38,527 nucleotides of DNA from a virus (lineage: Duplodnaviria; Caudoviricetes): IMG/VR virus record IMGVR_UViG_3300044507_000081, positions 1-38,527 of that record; one strand, given 5' to 3'. Of this stretch, positions 34,572 through 38,527 are shown piece by piece; the first letter of the stretch is position 1, and each line of letters begins with the position of its first letter. The translations under genes and the position numbers were made by a program. Under the pieces are notes generated by a model. That model was given only the letters and a program-made list of their open reading frames with translations. It did not search any database and was not told where the DNA came from.

Positions 34572-36214
34572 CCTACAACCCCAACGCGGCCTGGACCGCG
34601 AAGACAGCAGAGGGCGCCCAGGCGCCGATCTACTACGTCTCGGTGGGCGGCACCACGCGGCACTTCGCCTCCGGCCCCGTCAGCAACGCGGTGGTGTCGA
34701 AGCCTCTCCTCCTGAGCATTCCGCAGAGCGTCGCGCAGAAACTCTACCAACTCCAGGGGAGATCCTCCCTCACCCTCACCTCCCTGCGCCTCGCGGATCG
34801 CGACGACCAGGTTACGGCACTCGCGGCGACGAGGAAGGCGACCCCCCTCCTCTCGACCCTGGTGAATGCCCCGGTGGTGATCTATGCGGGGTACGCGGGC
34901 CTCCAGGAGTCGCAGTACGCGCCTATCGCCCGAGGCGAGATCACCTCCGCGCGCCTCATGGAGGACGGGGTCTCCTGGGAGTTCGAGATCGCGGACGCGC
35001 GCAGGGCCGAGGCCGAAGACCTCATGGTGAACGCGAACGCCTCCTCGGTCCCCATAGCCACCACGCTCCAGACGGGGATCGGCGTCGGCGCCGGAGGAAT
35101 GCAGTTGGTCGACGCCTCCTCGGTGAACCCCGATACGGATCTGTTCATAGGGCCGAACGCCTTGGGGCAGGAGCAGCGCGTCACCGTCGCCGCGGTGGAG
35201 GCGTCCTGGGTCTACTTCTCGTTCCAGGAGTACTCCCTCTACGACTTCCCTGCGGGAACCGAGGTGCGGTGGGCCTCCTCTCTCGTGAGAGGGAACCCGA
35301 TCAACCTGTTCTATTCCCTCCTGACCGGAGACTTCGCCTCGGCCCTCTTCCCCCTGGACAAGGTGCGGGGGATCCCGACCGGCCTGGGGTATTCGCCCTC
35401 GGCCCTCGACGTCGCCGCGCTCCAGGAGGAAAGGGATCGCTACTACCCAGGGCAGGTGTGGGAGTTCGAGTTCAAGAGGCCGACGCCTGGAGACCGGTTC
35501 CTGGAGACGAAGATCAACCGCCTCCTCGGGTTCCCGGTGGTGACGATCGCGGGCCTGGTGTCCTTCCACCCCTTCCGCCCGCCCTGGGTGGAGGATTGCA
35601 TCGCGGGCCTGCCGACGATCACGAAGGCCGACGTCCTCTCCTGGGATTTCAAGGTGGCGTTGGACCTCCACATGAACCGCGTGGAGATCGGCCTCGACCC
35701 GAACGCCGAGACCGGCAAGCCGTTCTCCTCGGTGATCTCCGAGGATCTCCCGGACCAGGAGGCCACCGGAGAGGTGGCGGACATTACCGAGGCCGACTCG
35801 GGCCTCCGGGGAATCTATGCGGGCGAGAGGATCGCGACGGAGATTGGCGGCGCCCTGATCCGCCGCTACAAGGGTCCGCCGTGGCAGATTACCGTGCGGT
35901 GCCCTCTCACGAAGCGTGCCCTGGAGAGCGGGGACTTCGTTTCGTTCTCCCATGACGAGGTGCCGAACCTCACGACGGGCGGGCGCGGCCTCTCGGGCGC
36001 GCGCCTGGAGATCGTTGAGCGGCGGGAGTTGCTCTCGGACGCGGCGGTGGAGTTCCTCCTCCAGGATCCGGGGTTTGTCCGGCCCGCCGCTTGGGCGCCC
36101 GACGACCTGCCGGGTGATTTCTCCACGGCCACGGCGGCGCAAAAGGAGTACGCCTCCTGGGCGCCCGACTCCGGTAACATGGCGGACGGTTCTTCGCCTT
36201 ACGAGTGGATCTAG
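34568..36214 (+). CDS. putative tail tip/hub protein
   Basis: TTGA overlap; 'YAGY.G', 'GNPIN', 'LESGDFV...H..VP'. Confidence 0.65.
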   Translation: MTYNPNAAWTAKTAEGAQAPIYYVSVGGTTRHFASGPVSNAVVSKPLLLSIPQSVAQKLYQLQGRSSLTLTSLRLADRDDQVTALAATRKATPLLSTLVNAPVVIYAGYAGLQESQYAPIARGEITSARLMEDGVSWEFEIADARRAEAEDLMVNANASSVPIATTLQTGIGVGAGGMQLVDASSVNPDTDLFIGPNALGQEQRVTVAAVEASWVYFSFQEYSLYDFPAGTEVRWASSLVRGNPINLFYSLLTGDFASALFPLDKVRGIPTGLGYSPSALDVAALQEERDRYYPGQVWEFEFKRPTPGDRFLETKINRLLGFPVVTIAGLVSFHPFRPPWVEDCIAGLPTITKADVLSWDFKVALDLHMNRVEIGLDPNAETGKPFSSVISEDLPDQEATGEVADITEADSGLRGIYAGERIATEIGGALIRRYKGPPWQITVRCPLTKRALESGDFVSFSHDEVPNLTTGGRGLSGARLEIVERRELLSDAAVEFLLQDPGFVRPAAWAPDDLPGDFSTATAAQKEYASWAPDSGNMADGSSPYEWI

Positions 36215-36228
36215 GGGAGGAGAGGCCC

Positions 36229-37107
36229 ATGTCCTACGACCCGATTCTCGATTCCGACATCGCCGCCGGTGGGTTCATCCGGCAGGGGTTCGGGAGGAAG
36301 ACCAAGGACAACCTCGCAGACCACCAGGCGCGCCTCTCTCGCCTGGAGACACAGACGCGCCTCTTCGACCACTTCCAGCACAACAACCCGGTGCGGTCCT
36401 TCGGGAACCCCGAGCCGACCTACACCAAGAACCTCTACAACCCCGACACCGGGGGCACCACCTGGAACTCGGTCGGCCCCCTGTGGGAGTACCTGGAGAA
36501 CATCGGCCCGACCGGATCGTCTGTCGGCGCCGGGGACTGCCCCAAACCGGACTACTCCTCGGGGCGCCTCACCGTTTCGGGCGCCCCGCCCTGCTGGAGT
36601 GCGGCCCTCTCGCGCCTGCGCCTGAACTTCTCCAAGGTGTCGGCGCCCCTGGTGTTCGAGGCGCGGGTGAAGTGGCGCGGCACGGGAGCGGGGTTGGTGA
36701 TCGGCATGGTGCAAACGTTCCTCCCGAACGGCGGGGCCGTCCAGCCACACATGGGTTACCTGCCGGGGATCTACCTCTCGACACCCAACTCGACGCAGGG
36801 GCAGTTCCGGTGCTTCAACGGGGCCTCGGTTTCCCTCGGCGCCCTGTGGGGGAAAAAGTCGCAAGACGCGTGGTTCACGGTGAGGATTGAAATGCAGGAC
36901 TCGCCTGGTGTCCGCGCCCTGACCTACCTCGACGGCGCCCTGGTGGATCAATTCACGCAGTACCTCCCGACAAACGTCAACCTGGGGGCGTGCTTGGTCG
37001 TGGGGAAATCCTCCGGGTCGAATTACTGGGTCGGGACGGGGATCTCGAACGACCTGGAGGTTGACCGGGTCGAGTTCGGATGCGAGGCGATCTCCGATGC
37101 CGCCTAA
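36229..37107 (+). CDS. putative receptor-binding protein with a lectin-like beta-sandwich
   Basis: RBS GGAGGAG; short coiled coil, then 'FEARVK', 'WFTVRIE', 'YLDGALV', 'LEVDRV'. Confidence 0.55.
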   Translation: MSYDPILDSDIAAGGFIRQGFGRKTKDNLADHQARLSRLETQTRLFDHFQHNNPVRSFGNPEPTYTKNLYNPDTGGTTWNSVGPLWEYLENIGPTGSSVGAGDCPKPDYSSGRLTVSGAPPCWSAALSRLRLNFSKVSAPLVFEARVKWRGTGAGLVIGMVQTFLPNGGAVQPHMGYLPGIYLSTPNSTQGQFRCFNGASVSLGALWGKKSQDAWFTVRIEMQDSPGVRALTYLDGALVDQFTQYLPTNVNLGACLVVGKSSGSNYWVGTGISNDLEVDRVEFGCEAISDAA

Positions 37108-37621
37108 ACTCGCCCTCCGCCTTCTCTCTCCGACGCGATCCCTCCTGGTGCGCGGCCCCGACGATTGGGCGCCACAGGGAGGCGCCTTCGGGGTGCGCCG
37201 AACCACGGTGGCGTGGTCGAAGGGCGAGAAGGTCGTCGTCGAGAGGCGCCACCTCGGCCTCGACCTGGTCCTCGCGGAGGGCCTGCTCGCCTGGGCGCCC
37301 TGCGAGGGAATCCTCGAGCGGGTCGGCCTCTGCTACCCCGACGACCAACGTTTCCACTCCCTGTGGATCCGCCCGGACGGGTTCCCCGGCGTCCTGGTGA
37401 AGGTCCTCTACTGCCACCCGGAACCCGGCGGCACCCTCGGCGCGGCTGCGCCGATGCGGATCGCGCGGGCCGCCCTCCTGGGGCGCGCCGAGAACCTCGC
37501 CCTTCGCTACCCCGACCCGGACGGACCTGGGCCGAGGAAGGCCATCGTCAACCACCTGCACCTTGAGCTCTGGCTCTCGGGCGTTCGGGTTGACCCACTC
37601 GACTATCTGGAGGCCGAATGA
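37097..37621 (+). CDS. M23-family metallopeptidase (endolysin)
   Basis: 'HLGLDL' (HxxxD), 'YCH', 'HLHLEL' (HxH), 'VDPLDYL'. Confidence 0.8.
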   Translation: MPPKLALRLLSPTRSLLVRGPDDWAPQGGAFGVRRTTVAWSKGEKVVVERRHLGLDLVLAEGLLAWAPCEGILERVGLCYPDDQRFHSLWIRPDGFPGVLVKVLYCHPEPGGTLGAAAPMRIARAALLGRAENLALRYPDPDGPGPRKAIVNHLHLELWLSGVRVDPLDYLEAE

Positions 37622-38055
37622 AATCCAGGGCGCCCGCGTTCTTCCTCGCCGCCGTAATGGGGGTGACCGGCACCGGCCTCATGGGCGCCGTCTTCCACAA
37701 GGCGCAGGCCGACCAGGTCGCCCAGGCGCCGCAGGTCCAGAGGGAGGTGGACGCGGAGGTGACAAGGGACCTGGGTTCGTTCTCGGAGGAGTTCCTGCTC
37801 TTCCTCATGGGACTCGCGTTCCAGACGGGCGCGTTCGTTCTCGTAACCCGCGCGCAGATCTCCAGCCTACGAGAGGACCTCAAGGAAGCGAAGGACACGA
37901 TCTCGACCTGGATGCACATTGAGCGGTCGCAGGAGTCGCGCCTCTCGCGCCTGGAGGCGAGGACGGCGGCGATGGCGGCGGTCTGCGCCGAACGCCACGG
38001 GGTGAGTGCTGACGATGCGGTCGAAGGCCTGGGCCGCACGGACGAGAAGGACTGA
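37618..38055 (+). CDS. lysis-cassette membrane protein (TM + coiled coil)
   Basis: Two hydrophobic segments and a 'RLSRLEAR' coiled coil, downstream of the lysin. Confidence 0.6.
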   Translation: MKSRAPAFFLAAVMGVTGTGLMGAVFHKAQADQVAQAPQVQREVDAEVTRDLGSFSEEFLLFLMGLAFQTGAFVLVTRAQISSLREDLKEAKDTISTWMHIERSQESRLSRLEARTAAMAAVCAERHGVSADDAVEGLGRTDEKD

Positions 38056-38444
38056 TGCCCTTCCTCCTGGTGCTTCTGAAGTACGTCATCGGACCGTTGG
38101 CGATCCGGGAGTTCTCCCTCGCGCGTGAGCGGCGGCGCGTGAAGAGGGAAGAGAGACGCCGCTCCAAGGAGGTGCCGAAAATGTGGCAGGCGGTGGTGAA
38201 GGGGATCCTGCGTCTCGGGTTCATTCCGCAGGGGTGGTTGACCTACCTCGCGGGGTTCGCGACCCTCCTGGTGGGCCTCTGCAACGCTCTCGGCCTCCAG
38301 TCCTACGTCCCTTCGGTTCCTCTCCCGGTGGTCGACAACCCCTGGGAAGCGATCACCGCGGGCGCGACGATCATTGGTCTGCGGCGCATGCTCGAAGGGC
38401 AGGTGCAGAAACTCATCGAGAAGACGGCGACCAAGATCCCCTGA
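38055..38444 (+). CDS. holin-like membrane protein
   Basis: 'GWLTYLAGFATLLVGL' and 'AITAGATIIGLR'; internal RBS AAGGAGG before ATG 38181. Confidence 0.55.
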   Translation: MPFLLVLLKYVIGPLAIREFSLARERRRVKREERRRSKEVPKMWQAVVKGILRLGFIPQGWLTYLAGFATLLVGLCNALGLQSYVPSVPLPVVDNPWEAITAGATIIGLRRMLEGQVQKLIEKTATKIP

Positions 38445-38527
38445 CCGGGATCTCGACTCCATGCCGGGGCGGGTCCTCCCCTCGGCGGCGGCCCGCGCGG
38501 GGAGGGGGGGCGCGGCGTGGGGGCCGG

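Noticed and set aside
69-38462. Many long minus-strand and alternate-frame ORFs in the track (e.g. 69-986, 7076-8572, 22774-24225, 28440-30068, 34472-36142)
   Set aside because: They are shadow ORFs of high-GC coding sequence: Arg/Gly/Pro-rich, without RBS or motifs, and fully overlapping well-supported + strand genes.

Overview
A high-GC (~70% by eye) window that reads as an essentially complete, unidirectional (+ strand) tailed-phage genome of the siphovirus type. The gene order is an early cassette region (479-5981), recombination and replication genes (PD-(D/E)XK exonuclease, putative annealing protein, replication initiator), accessory genes (GT-A glycosyltransferase, HNH, RusA), a ParB / QueC-like / DNA-methyltransferase module, terminase, an HK97-type head, a non-contractile tail with a -1 frameshifted chaperone, and lysis genes (M23 peptidase and holin-like membrane proteins). 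I found no integrase, repressor, polymerase or tRNA. The main finding is four intact type II hammerhead ribozymes (1549-1600, 2363-2422, 3108-3171, 4442-4515), one in each of four consecutive early intergenic regions. Each starts on or just after the upstream TAG and has an invariant catalytic core with fully co-varying stems. They should cut the early polycistronic mRNA into single-gene RNAs, and the two ends of each such RNA can re-form a hammerhead around the ORF (candidate circular mRNAs). Also notable: a split ParB-methyltransferase with a QueC-like domain inserted and a 21-bp repeat at the junction, and apparent genome-wide avoidance of AGCT. All family calls come from motif recognition by eye; no database search was run.
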